Source: Candidatus Latescibacterota bacterium
GTDB lineage: Bacteria; Latescibacterota; UBA2968; UBA8231
Direction: 5' to 3'
NCBI GenBank assembly: GCA_965243025.1
Contig: CBDETY010000003.1
Span: 6,208,001 to 6,272,000, forward strand
Length of the DNA: 64,000 nucleotides
The notes under the pieces were generated by a model. That model was not told where the DNA came from, did not search any database, and was given only the letters and a program-made list of their open reading frames with translations. Made by a program: the position numbers and the translations under genes. Of the stretch, positions 1-9,273 are shown piece by piece (the first letter of the stretch is position 1; the number at the start of each line of letters is the position of its first letter).

Positions 1-834
1 GAAGAACCAGATGCTGAACGAGATGCCGGTATTGGCAAAGAACATGAACCCCAGGATGGGGGGGACGACGCGGAAGTTCAGGGTGGGGAAACCGTGACCG
101 AGGGGAAACGGATTGCTCTCCCAGACGGCGAGGTCCGCGAAGCCGGGCTGGAAAAACCGCACCATGCTGAAAAGCACCATCCCGAGGGAAATGGAGAACC
201 CCGTCCAGAAAACCGGAGATCGGAGAATGGTGCCCCGGCCGGCGCTTCCGTTCTCCAGCAACAGGCGCGGCAGCTCGGTAACCGGGTATACGAGCCGCTC
301 CTCGTCCTGCCACTGCCGCCTGAGAATCACGACGATGCAGAAACAGATGAAGTAGATGGCGAGCAGGAGGGTGAGCCACCAGAACAGGGGGCCAAGCCAG
401 AGATGGTAGGGCAGGTCCTGGCCCGAGGGCAGCCCCTCCCAGAACCAGCGAATCGCGTCCCCTTCGGGCTGAGGAACCGCGAAACGGGGAAGGTAGGGCT
501 GGATCAGCACCCGCCACTGGTTCTCCGGGGTGGCGGCGTAGAAAGGCGCGGAAATCAACGCCATCAGGGTTCCCAGCACGAAAATGGGGATGCCGGTAAC
601 CACCAGTCCCATCACCAGCATGGTGATCAGCTCCGGGGGGCGGAGCGCCCAGGAGATCCCCGCTCTGCGCAGCAGGGCATTCCCCAGAACGAGGACGACA
701 AACGGACAGCCGACGGAGGAGGGGAAATAGGACCATGTCGGCTCGGTCGAGCCGACCAGCCATAGGGAATACGGAGAGCCGACGCAGATGCCGATGACCC
801 ATAACAGGCCGAGGATGATCGCGCGCGTGCTCAC
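1..834 (-). CDS. Multi-pass membrane protein, DUF6785/OPT-like (runs off the window start)
   Basis: Not in the ORF track. Manual minus-strand translation from GTG 834 gives VSTRAIILGLLWVIGICVGSPYSLWLVGSTEPTWSYFP...GFPTLNFRVVPPILGFMFFANTGISFSIWFF, with many TM segments. The start could instead be a TTG near 897. Confidence 0.65.
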   Translation of the reverse strand, partial: MSTRAIILGLLWVIGICVGSPYSLWLVGSTEPTWSYFPSSVGCPFVVLVLGNALLRRAGISWALRPPELITMLVMGLVVTGIPIFVLGTLMALISAPFYAATPENQWRVLIQPYLPRFAVPQPEGDAIRWFWEGLPSGQDLPYHLWLGPLFWWLTLLLAIYFICFCIVVILRRQWQDEERLVYPVTELPRLLLENGSAGRGTILRSPVFWTGFSISLGMVLFSMVRFFQPGFADLAVWESNPFPLGHGFPTLNFRVVPPILGFMFFANTGISFSIWFF

Positions 835-933
835 GCCAGGCCCGCCGGGCTGCCGGCTGCGGGGGATCCGCCCTCGGGACGAGGACGGACCCGGCAAGCC
901 ATCTGAGCTTCCGGGGTGCTTCCTGGGAGCCGG

Positions 934-1755
934 CTACTCCTCTCTGCGCTCGACAGGTCCGGAGGGACCAACCAGGACCGCCTTGAACCAGGTGCTGTCA
1001 TCGTCGCCGGTTCCATAAAGGATGAAATGGCCTCCGTACGCCCCTCCGTCGGGGTCGCAGTGCACGATTTCGAGGCTGTAAACGTGGCCGACCTCGGGAG
1101 GCCTCCAATCGGGGTCGCTTGCTCCCAGGGTAGGGGCCGTGGCAACGCGGGCCTCCAGGGTGAAGTCACCGGCCGAGGTGTCGGACCGGGTCATGCTGAT
1201 GGCGTAGTCGACGGCGGCGGGCGGAATCGGCTCTTCTATGTAGTTTTTCCCCGGGGAGCCGTGTCGCCACCAGGCCCCGTGGCGGGGCCTGGCGGCATCG
1301 ATGACGAAACAGAAGGCGTTGTCTCCAGTCCCGAACCGCTCGGGTGCCTCGTCGCGCGGCGCCTCCATGAACCAGCAGACCGAGTCCCTGAAGTACCAGC
1401 GCTTATCTTCGGGTTCGGGATCGGTCACGTCGTTGACGTTGTCGACCGCCTCAACCCCGAAGTACAGGTACTCCCTGTCCCATCCCGTGTAGTAGCGGGC
1501 GCGCAGGTCGTCGGCCGGGCGGGGTTCGTTTCCGTGGTCGGTCAGGCGGTTGCGGCGCGGATCGAACCAGGAGGTACGTCGGAGCCGGTCGATATCCCAG
1601 ACCCCGTCGCTGAAAGCGTTGTCTTTCCAGTCGGAGAGGTCGCCGTCGATGACAGGCTTCGTTTCCAGCAGCGGAATGTGGAGGACAGGTTCCCCGCTGA
1701 GTCCGACGGAAGGCAGAAGCGATAGAAAGCAGGCGATGAAGAGCGGTGTGGGCAT
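934..1755 (-). CDS. Secreted CBM9-like/DOMON sugar-binding domain protein
   Basis: Signal peptide, then the PVIDGDLSDW and WDREYLYFGVEAVD motifs typical of CBM9-like domains. Confidence 0.7.
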   Translation of the reverse strand: MPTPLFIACFLSLLPSVGLSGEPVLHIPLLETKPVIDGDLSDWKDNAFSDGVWDIDRLRRTSWFDPRRNRLTDHGNEPRPADDLRARYYTGWDREYLYFGVEAVDNVNDVTDPEPEDKRWYFRDSVCWFMEAPRDEAPERFGTGDNAFCFVIDAARPRHGAWWRHGSPGKNYIEEPIPPAAVDYAISMTRSDTSAGDFTLEARVATAPTLGASDPDWRPPEVGHVYSLEIVHCDPDGGAYGGHFILYGTGDDDSTWFKAVLVGPSGPVERREE

Positions 1756-1989
1756 GAGCGGTTCGGGTTTTCAGAAGTCCGAGGGTGGCGGGTCGAGGGC
1801 AGGGACGATCGACGGCAGCCGACCTCCGGGCAATCGGATATCGGACCGGCTCGAGGATATTCGATGTCCGGGATACCGGGGTGAAAAACAAACCCCGGCT
1901 CATGGAGCTGGCAACCGGTCGCGTTCCGGGGAAACCGGGGGAGTGTCGACTGCCTTTCGGACACCAGGGCCGGGCGCAGGGTGGAAGCG

Positions 1990-3279
1990 ATGAAACGGAT
2001 TGCTGAAAGGGTCCTGTCAAGTGCGGCCGCCGCGGCGCTGGCCGCGACGGGATGGGCCTGCGCCGACCCGGGCAGGCCGGGGCCGGGAGAAGCGGTCGAG
2101 ATCCTGGTGTGGGACTTCGGCGGGGTACCGGGTCACCGCCAGTGGATCCGGCAGGCCGTAAGGGATTTCAACGCCGCTCGCGACGACATCCGCATAGAGA
2201 TCGAAACGCCGGACTGGAAGACACAACGCGAGAGTCTGATCAGTACCACGGTAATCGGAGAAGGGCCGGACGTCATCCGCGTGCACCACAAGTACTCGGT
2301 CGAATTCGGTGAGCTGGGGGGGCTGCTGCCCCTGGAGATGTTCTCCGACTGGCCCGAGGTTCGGCGACGGCTTTTCGAAAACGTGCTCGAGCACGTCCGC
2401 TACCAGGGCAGGCATTACGGTCTTCCGGTCACGATGCTGCCGTTCGTGCTCGCCGCCAACCGCTCGATCCTCGACCGCTACGGAGTGGCGGTTCCGCGCA
2501 CCTGGGGGGAAATGAAAGCGGCCGGGGCGGTGTTGAAGGAACACGGGATCCACGCCTTCACCATGCCGGCCGGCCTCAACCTCGATACGGCTTATCGTTT
2601 CCTGCCCCTGCTGTACGGCGCCGGAGGCCGCGTCTTCAACGAAGACTGGACGAAAGCCGCTTTCAACGGCCCCGCGGGGCGCGCGGCTCTGCAGTTCCTG
2701 GTGGATATGAAGGAAGCCGGGTACATGCCCGCCGCCAGTTCGGCCTACGCCTTCGACGAGAACGCCGCCCACTGGACGACGGGGAGGGCGGCGTTCTCCA
2801 TCGAGGGGCCCTGGTGGCAGGACATCGTGCGCGGGAACTTCGACTTCGACCTGTCGCAGCTGGTGCTCGCCCAGGTGCCGGTCCCGGAGGATCCGCCCGG
2901 GAAGCATCCGTCCCGCACCCTGCTCGACGTGATCATGGTGGCGATCACCGCGTACACTCCGCATCCGCAAGAGGCCTGGACGGTCCTGAAGGCGCTCAAT
3001 TTCGACGACCCGGTCTGGAAGGTGCCCGACCCGAAGATGGGAGGGCTGCCCACCTACCGGGACGCGTACGGCCCCGGGGTGGAGCCGCGTTACATCGGCC
3101 TCGATCAGCTGGAAGCGGCGGGAAGGAACGGCCTGGGGTGGCCGGGGCACCCGGCGATCACCGAGATTCAGCGCCATATTTCCGATGCCGTGAACCGGGC
3201 CATGACCGGCGTGATGACGCCCCGGGAAGCCCTCGACCACGCCGCCGCACAAGTCGACGAGCTGCTCGCCGACTATTGA
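1990..3279 (+). CDS. Carbohydrate ABC transporter substrate-binding lipoprotein
   Basis: Lipobox-like GWAC; GEGPDV, YGLPVT and PRTWGE motifs; followed by two permeases. Confidence 0.9.
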   Translation: MKRIAERVLSSAAAAALAATGWACADPGRPGPGEAVEILVWDFGGVPGHRQWIRQAVRDFNAARDDIRIEIETPDWKTQRESLISTTVIGEGPDVIRVHHKYSVEFGELGGLLPLEMFSDWPEVRRRLFENVLEHVRYQGRHYGLPVTMLPFVLAANRSILDRYGVAVPRTWGEMKAAGAVLKEHGIHAFTMPAGLNLDTAYRFLPLLYGAGGRVFNEDWTKAAFNGPAGRAALQFLVDMKEAGYMPAASSAYAFDENAAHWTTGRAAFSIEGPWWQDIVRGNFDFDLSQLVLAQVPVPEDPPGKHPSRTLLDVIMVAITAYTPHPQEAWTVLKALNFDDPVWKVPDPKMGGLPTYRDAYGPGVEPRYIGLDQLEAAGRNGLGWPGHPAITEIQRHISDAVNRAMTGVMTPREALDHAAAQVDELLADY

Positions 3280-3295
3280 GAAACCGGATACCCGC

Positions 3296-4213
3296 GTGCC
3301 CCTGGATACTGCAACCAGACGGAGACTCCACCGGACCCTGACTCCGTATTACTTCCTGGTGCCCGCACTCGCCGTGCTCGCCGTCATCATTCTCTTTCCG
3401 ATCCTGAGCAATGTCTCCATGAGCGTGCAGAAGGTGCGCCTGCTCAAGGGGGGCGGAGGCGAGTTCGTCGGACTGGCCAACTACGCCAAACTGCTGGGCA
3501 GCCCGACTTTTCAGGGCAGCGTGGGCAGCTCCCTTCGGTTCACCCTGCTTTCGCTGCCGCTGGCGTTTGCGCTCGGACTGGGAATGGCCCTGGTCTTCAA
3601 CGAGATCCGCAAGTACCGCCCGGTGTTCACCGGGTTTCTCCTGGTCCCGTGGGCCATCGCACCGGTCGTGACCGGGTTCATGTGGCGGTGGCTGTTTCAC
3701 GACTCCTTCGGACTCGTGAACCACTTCCTGAAGACACTCGGCCTGATCGACGCCAACATTCCCTGGCTGGCCCAGCCCGACACCGCGATGGCAGCGGTCG
3801 TCGTCGCCAACGTCTGGCGCTTCATGCCCTACATAACCATCATGCTGCTCGCCGGACTGCAGGGCATTTCGACCGAGCTCTACGAAGCTGCCCACGTCGA
3901 CGGGGCCGGGGTGACCGGGCGTTTCTGGTACGTGACCCTGCCGCAGCTGCGGCACGTCATCGCCGTGGTTTTCCTGTTCGCCACGATATGGATGGTCAAC
4001 GACTTCGCCTTGATCTACATCATGACCGAGGGCGGCCCGGCCCAGTCCACCCAGGTCGTTCCCATCACCGTGTACCGCTACGCCTTCGAACACCTTCGCC
4101 TCGGGCGCGGGGCCGCAGCGGCGATGATTTTGCTGCTGTTCCTCCTCGCCGTCAGCATGGTTTTCATCCGCGTGCTGTTCGCCGAGAAAAGGGCGGAGGC
4201 AAAACCGGCATGA
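3296..4213 (+). CDS. Carbohydrate ABC transporter permease (MalF/UgpA-like)
   Basis: FVGLANY motif, EAA loop LYEAAHVDGAG, six TM segments. Confidence 0.92.
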   Translation: MPLDTATRRRLHRTLTPYYFLVPALAVLAVIILFPILSNVSMSVQKVRLLKGGGGEFVGLANYAKLLGSPTFQGSVGSSLRFTLLSLPLAFALGLGMALVFNEIRKYRPVFTGFLLVPWAIAPVVTGFMWRWLFHDSFGLVNHFLKTLGLIDANIPWLAQPDTAMAAVVVANVWRFMPYITIMLLAGLQGISTELYEAAHVDGAGVTGRFWYVTLPQLRHVIAVVFLFATIWMVNDFALIYIMTEGGPAQSTQVVPITVYRYAFEHLRLGRGAAAAMILLLFLLAVSMVFIRVLFAEKRAEAKPA

Positions 4214-5049
4214 AACAGAGGACCCAGGAAAGGGTTCGGGCGGGCATCGGCTACGGCCTTGGAGGCATGTTCGTCTTCCTCCTGGTGCTGCCGCTGATCT
4301 GGGTGGTCAGCACGTCGGTCAGGCCGATCTCCGAAATGACGCAGACGCCGCCGCTGGTGTGGCCGCAGTCAATGACCTTCGACGCCTACTTCGACATCTG
4401 GGACGAAGCCCCCTTCGTCCGCTATTTCCTGAACAGCGCCGGGATTTCGCTGGCGACCGCCCTGGTTTCCCTGGCTTTCAGCGTCGGCGCCGCCTATGCC
4501 TTCGCCCGCTTCCGGTTCCGCGGCGCCACCCTGTTGCTGATGCTCGTGGTGATGTCGCAGATGCTGCCGGGAAGCTCCATCCTGATCCCGCTGTTCCAGG
4601 TTATCCGCAACCTCGGTCTCCTCGATACCCACCTCGGCATGGTGCTGATCTACACCGGGTTCGCGATTCCGTTCTGCACCTGGCTTCTCAACGGCTACTT
4701 CAAGGCGATACCCGAGGACCTGGAGCAGGCCGCCCTGATCGACGGCTGCTCGCGGCTCGAGCTGTTGTGGCGGATCGTGCTGCCCCTGGCCGCACCGGCC
4801 GTGGTCGCTGTCGGCACCTTTGCGTTCCTGCTGTCGTGGAACGAGTTCCTTTTCGCCTACGTCTTCACCAAATCGACCGCGCTGACCATTCCCGTCGGGA
4901 TCAGGACCGCCTTTCTCGGGCAGTACGTCAACAAGTACGACCAGCTCTTTGCCGCTTCCCTCATCTTCAGCCTCCCCCCCATTGCCATCTTCGTCTCGCT
5001 GCAACGCTACTTCGTCCAGGGATTGACCGCGGGGGCGGTAAAGGAATAG
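4210..5049 (+). CDS. Carbohydrate ABC transporter permease (MalG/UgpE-like)
   Basis: ATGA overlap with the previous gene; LEQAALIDGCS, SWNEFLFA, QRYFVQGLTAGAVK. Confidence 0.92.
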   Translation: MKQRTQERVRAGIGYGLGGMFVFLLVLPLIWVVSTSVRPISEMTQTPPLVWPQSMTFDAYFDIWDEAPFVRYFLNSAGISLATALVSLAFSVGAAYAFARFRFRGATLLLMLVVMSQMLPGSSILIPLFQVIRNLGLLDTHLGMVLIYTGFAIPFCTWLLNGYFKAIPEDLEQAALIDGCSRLELLWRIVLPLAAPAVVAVGTFAFLLSWNEFLFAYVFTKSTALTIPVGIRTAFLGQYVNKYDQLFAASLIFSLPPIAIFVSLQRYFVQGLTAGAVKE

Positions 5050-5230
5050 CGCGTATTTGCGAGGGGCTCCGGGCCCGGAGGCAAGGGTCCGGGACTTGAG
5101 GATTCAGGTCCCGGTGATTCTACCGCCCCGTTTTCCCGGGCCGCTCCTGTATGCGGCTCCGGGAAAGCGCCGGCCCTGATCGATCACGGGCACATTCCCC
5201 GGGCCTTGAGTCATGCACCGGGTTTTGCTC

Positions 5231-5270
5231 AAAAAGAAACGGGCAGCAGTGTGGAACTGCTGCCCGTCTC
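5231..5270 (-). terminator. Intrinsic terminator after tRNA-Val(CAC)
   Basis: Stem ACGGGCAGCAGT/ACTGCTGCCCGT followed by TTCTTTTT on the minus strand. Confidence 0.8.
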
Positions 5271-5277
5271 GTGCAGG

Positions 5278-5354
5278 TGGTGGGCGATACTAGATTCGAA
5301 CTAGTGACCTCTGGTATGTGAAACCAGCGCTCTAACCAGCTGAGCTAATCGCCC
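5278..5354 (-). tRNA. tRNA-Val(CAC)
   Basis: GGGCGATTAGCTCAGCTGGTTAGAGC...CTGGT-TT-CAC-AT-ACCAG...GTTCGAATC...TCGCCCACCA, 77 nt with encoded CCA. Confidence 0.95.
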
Positions 5355-5386
5355 GGAAACCGCCGGCCCTGAAGAGGAACGGGCCT

Positions 5387-6748
5387 TCAAGCTGTAACCG
5401 GGGCGGTCTTTTCCAACTGTTGCAGAGCCTGCCTGAAAGCGGCTGCGGTCTGCTCGAGGTCCTCATCTGTGTGGACCGCCGATACCAGTCCTCCCGGCCA
5501 GGGAACCAGATCGACTCCGGCGGCGAGCATCCCGGTGCGGAAGTCGCTGATCCAGGCACCGGACATGCCTTTAAACATCCCATAGGGAACCTCGCCCCTG
5601 TAGATCGCGTCGCAGGTGACACCCCGATTCTCGTCGTCGAAGAAGAAGTGGAAGCCGGAAAACGTCCCGTAGACGACGACATCGCTGTCCTCTTCGGCGC
5701 TGACTTCGGTCAGCAGCCGGCGGAGCCGTTCTCCGTTGGCGTTTGCGCGCTCGATCACATCCCCTTCGTCTACGATCCTCAACTGGGCGAGTCCGGCGGC
5801 TGCGGAGACCGGGTTGGCGTTGAAGGTTCCCTGGTGCGCGATGCGGCGCCTGGCGTTCCACTGCGCGTCTTTCATGGTCAGCATGTCCATTACATCCGTC
5901 CGTCCCACCACCGCTCCCCCGGGAAAACCGCCAGCCATCGACTTGGCCATCACGGCGAGATCGGGAGTGACGCCGAACACCTCCTGGGCACCTCCCCTGG
6001 CGACGCGGAACCCGGAAATGACTTCGTCGAAGATGAGCAGCGTCCCGGTGCGCGCCGTCAGTTGCCGCAGCTTTTCCGGAACGCCGTCAGCCGTCGGCAC
6101 CCGGCCGAACGTCGCCCCTGTCGGCTCGAAGATCACCGCGGCGATCTCGCCGCTGTCGAGCAGCTCCTCGGCCGCATCCATGTCGTTCGGCGGACAGAGG
6201 GCGATGTTCTCCGCCATGCCCCGGGTGATCCCGCTCGGCAGGTCGTCCGAAGGGGAGGTTGGGGAACCGAATGCAACCTGGTCGTGCCAGCCGTGAAAAT
6301 GGGTGTCGAAACGCAGGATCTTCCGCCGTTCCGTGTAGGCCCGGGCAATGCGCAGGGCAAGCATGGTGGCCTCGGTCCCCGAGCTCGTAAACCGCACCTT
6401 CTCGGCGCACGGGACCATCCGCACGATCAGCTCCGCCCACTCCAGCTCGAGTTCGTGCGAGGCGCCGTAATGGGTGCCGCGACCGAGTTGCTCGCGAACC
6501 GCTGCGGTGACGGCGGGGTGGTTGTGACCCAGCATCAAGGCGCCGTGGCCCCCGAAGTAATCGACGTATTCGTTGCCGTCGACATCCCACTTGCGCGATC
6601 CCTGTGCGCGGTCGACGTAGATCGGATGGGGCTCCAGATAGCGGGTGTCGTGGGTGACGCCGCTTGGAAGCACCCTCACGGACCGTTCGTAGAGAGCCCG
6701 CGAGGAAGGGGTTCTGATTTCGAAGGAATCGGAAGGCACAGGTTCCAT
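5387..6748 (-). CDS. Class III PLP aminotransferase (glutamate-1-semialdehyde aminomutase-like)
   Basis: DVDGNEYVD, FTSSGTEA, LIFDEVISGFR, AKSMAGG and GTFNANP motifs. Confidence 0.85.
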   Translation of the reverse strand: MEPVPSDSFEIRTPSSRALYERSVRVLPSGVTHDTRYLEPHPIYVDRAQGSRKWDVDGNEYVDYFGGHGALMLGHNHPAVTAAVREQLGRGTHYGASHELELEWAELIVRMVPCAEKVRFTSSGTEATMLALRIARAYTERRKILRFDTHFHGWHDQVAFGSPTSPSDDLPSGITRGMAENIALCPPNDMDAAEELLDSGEIAAVIFEPTGATFGRVPTADGVPEKLRQLTARTGTLLIFDEVISGFRVARGGAQEVFGVTPDLAVMAKSMAGGFPGGAVVGRTDVMDMLTMKDAQWNARRRIAHQGTFNANPVSAAAGLAQLRIVDEGDVIERANANGERLRRLLTEVSAEEDSDVVVYGTFSGFHFFFDDENRGVTCDAIYRGEVPYGMFKGMSGAWISDFRTGMLAAGVDLVPWPGGLVSAVHTDEDLEQTAAAFRQALQQLEKTAPVTA

Positions 6749-6875
6749 GGCAGTCGATTCTCTGATTTATCGCCCGGCTTCCCGGACCGCTGCAGCGGGC
6801 GAGAGTTCACCGAAGGGCGGAAGAGGCGGTTTGGGCGCCGGGCGGCAACCCGGCCATGACTGCGTCTCGAATTGC

Positions 6876-6952
6876 TGGTGGGCCCAGTAGGACTCGAACC
6901 TACGACCAACGGATTATGAGTCCGCCGCTCTAACCGACTGAGCTATGGGCCC
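6876..6952 (-). tRNA. tRNA-Ile2(CAT, lysidine type); Met less likely
   Basis: GGGCCCATAGCTCAGTCGGTTAGAGC-GGCGGA-CT-CAT-AA-TCCG...CCA. It lacks the initiator features, resembles ileX-type tRNAs and lies downstream of dnaG. Confidence 0.9.
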
Positions 6953-6964
6953 GGTGCGAGTCCG

Positions 6965-6992
6965 AAACTACCGGAAAATCCCCGCGGGTCAA
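6965..6992 (-). promoter_or_regulatory. Putative promoter of tRNA-Ile2
   Basis: TTGACC-N16-TAGTTT; the -35 overlaps the dnaG TGA stop. Confidence 0.55.
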
Positions 6993-8797
6993 GCATTCTC
7001 GTCCCCGAGCTTGACGGCGTCGAGCTCGTGCAGTTCGCGGATGAGATCCATGATGCCGGAGTTGAGGATATCGACGTCCCGGGCGCCCGAGGCGCGTTCG
7101 GCGGCCGCCAGTTCGCGTTTGGATTCCTCGATTCTGCGGGTCAGGAAGTTTCTGCGAAAAACTCTCACGTAATCGCGCCATTGCCGCTCCACCTGTTCCT
7201 CGTCGAACCCGATCAGGGCACAGGACGAAATCAGGTCGGCGAGGCCCGGGTTCTCGAGGCTCGACATCAAGGTGAGAAGGTCGGGCAAGTGGTCGGGCCC
7301 GTGGGAGAACAGCAGTTCCGCCAACTCGCGTACGCGCGCATCGGTGAGATGTTCCGCAGTCAACTCCGCCGCCGACCGCGGGATCAGTTGCGGGTGCTGC
7401 AGGAGAAGGCCCATGAAATCCCGCTCCGGACCTGGAGGCTCCGGGTAGGAGGGAGTTTCCGGCAGTTCTTCCGCCGGGGGTCGGGTACGGAGATTCCTCG
7501 CGACAAGGGTCTTGCCCATGTCGTCTCGAAGCGCCCGTTCGTCGACCCTGAGCCGTTGCGCCACCTGCCGCAGCATCAGGTCGCGGGAAACCGATTTGGT
7601 GCAGTTGGCGATCAGCGGCACCACGCGCTCGATGGCGCGCGTTTTGCCGGCCATGGTTGAAAGGTCGATTTCCCCGGCCAGCCGCGTGATGTAGAAAGCG
7701 ATGACGGATTCCGCTTCGTCGACAAGCTGCCCGAAGCGCTCGGCGCCTTCCCGGCGCACGAAACTGTCGGGGTCGTCGTCGCCGGGAAGGGGAACCACCT
7801 GCGCGTCGAGACCGGCACCGATAAGCACCTCGAGCCCGCGCATGGCCGCGGCCGAACCGGCGGCATCGCCGTCGAACACCAGAACGACACGGCGCGCGTA
7901 GCGGTCGAGGGTCCGGCACTGCTGTTCCGTCAGGGCGGTGCCGGACGAGGCCACCACGTGGGCGATTCCCGCCTGCGCCAGCGCCAGGAGATCCATGTAC
8001 CCTTCGACGACGATGGCGCAGTCGCGGCTGACGATCTCCTTGCGCGTCCAGTTCAACCCGTAGAGCACGGATCCCTTGCGGTAGACCGGGGTTTCGGGCG
8101 AGTTGAGGTACTTGGGTTCATCGCCCGGCTTCAAAGCCCTGGCGCCGAATCCGATCGAGCGGCGCGACAGGTTGGCGATCGGAAACATCACGCGGTCGCG
8201 AAAGCGGTCGTAGTGACCTCTCCCGGAGCGGCTCGGAAGCGCCAGTCCCGCCTTTTCCAGCAATTCGGGGGCATGCCCGCGGCGGCCTGCCCGTTCCAGC
8301 AGCGAGGTCCCGCCCCCCGGGGCGTACCCGAGGTAGAAGCGGTCGATCACCTCGTCGGAGAGCCCCCGGCCGTGAAGGTAGTCGAGGGCCCTGCGGCCTT
8401 CATCCTTCCGCAGGAGGTAGTGGTAGTACCTGGCGGCCCATTCGTTGGCCCGGTAAATCTTGTCGGTGACTTGCCCGTCCCGCCGCGCTCCCCCGCCCTC
8501 GGGGATCTCCACCCCGCAACGCCGGGCCAGGAAGGATACCGCCTCCGGGAAACTGACCCGGTCCATCTCCTGAACGAACTTGAAGATGTTGCCGCCTGCT
8601 CCGCAGCCGAAACAGCGATAGATCTGCAGCTCGGGGTTGACGTTGAAAGACGGGGTTTTCTCGGTGTGAAAGGGGCACAGTCCGAGGAAATTCCGGCCCT
8701 TCCGGGTCAGCTGGACATGGCCCGACACCAGATCGACGATGTCGATTGCCGCCCTGATGCGTTCCAGGGTTTCTTCCGGGATGAGATTCCGGGGCAT
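6989..8797 (-). CDS. dnaG: DNA primase
   Basis: CPFH...CFGC zinc finger, KYLNSPET, VEGYMD, and the TOPRIM motif FDGDAAG. Confidence 0.97.
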   Translation of the reverse strand: MPRNLIPEETLERIRAAIDIVDLVSGHVQLTRKGRNFLGLCPFHTEKTPSFNVNPELQIYRCFGCGAGGNIFKFVQEMDRVSFPEAVSFLARRCGVEIPEGGGARRDGQVTDKIYRANEWAARYYHYLLRKDEGRRALDYLHGRGLSDEVIDRFYLGYAPGGGTSLLERAGRRGHAPELLEKAGLALPSRSGRGHYDRFRDRVMFPIANLSRRSIGFGARALKPGDEPKYLNSPETPVYRKGSVLYGLNWTRKEIVSRDCAIVVEGYMDLLALAQAGIAHVVASSGTALTEQQCRTLDRYARRVVLVFDGDAAGSAAAMRGLEVLIGAGLDAQVVPLPGDDDPDSFVRREGAERFGQLVDEAESVIAFYITRLAGEIDLSTMAGKTRAIERVVPLIANCTKSVSRDLMLRQVAQRLRVDERALRDDMGKTLVARNLRTRPPAEELPETPSYPEPPGPERDFMGLLLQHPQLIPRSAAELTAEHLTDARVRELAELLFSHGPDHLPDLLTLMSSLENPGLADLISSCALIGFDEEQVERQWRDYVRVFRRNFLTRRIEESKRELAAAERASGARDVDILNSGIMDLIRELHELDAVKLGDENA

Positions 8798-9087
8798 TTT
8801 ACGCCCGACACTTTTGGTAAAGGAAGAATCTGCGATTGGCCGGACCGGCGGCCGGAAACCAGAAGCTACCCGGGTTGGATAACCGGGTCAAACCGCCATA
8901 TTTTGGGGTGTGCTGACTTCGCACACACAGTATGAAGAGCCGTTGGAAAGGCGCCATACCGGCGCCTCGCGAGGATCCTCGGGGGAGAAAGTTGCCCAGA
9001 TGTGCAGGACTTGAGGGATTTGCGCACCGGAACCGATTGACTACTTTTCAGGGCCGCAAAGCAGCCTGGAGCAGAGGAGGAATTTGC

Positions 9088-9117
9088 TTGACTTGCACCG
9101 ACAATACCCTAAATTTG
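9088..9117 (+). promoter_or_regulatory. Putative promoter of the secreted Ig-domain protein
   Basis: TTGACT-N16-TAAATTTG. Confidence 0.5.
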
Positions 9118-9273
9118 CGGTACTTGGGGCTTTTTCAGTAACTAGCGATCTCGTCTTGAGTTGCGGGATTTTCCGGACTGAGGGATCCAGGGACGCGAAA
9201 AAGTGCTCCTCAAGGCCCTTCACGATCGAACAATCCCCCGATTACAGAGATTCCCATGAGGAGGAAATCGAAT

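Noticed and set aside
5387-6748. Calling this gene hemL
   Set aside because: It diverges from the HemL consensus and has no heme-pathway neighbours, so it is left as a class III aminotransferase.
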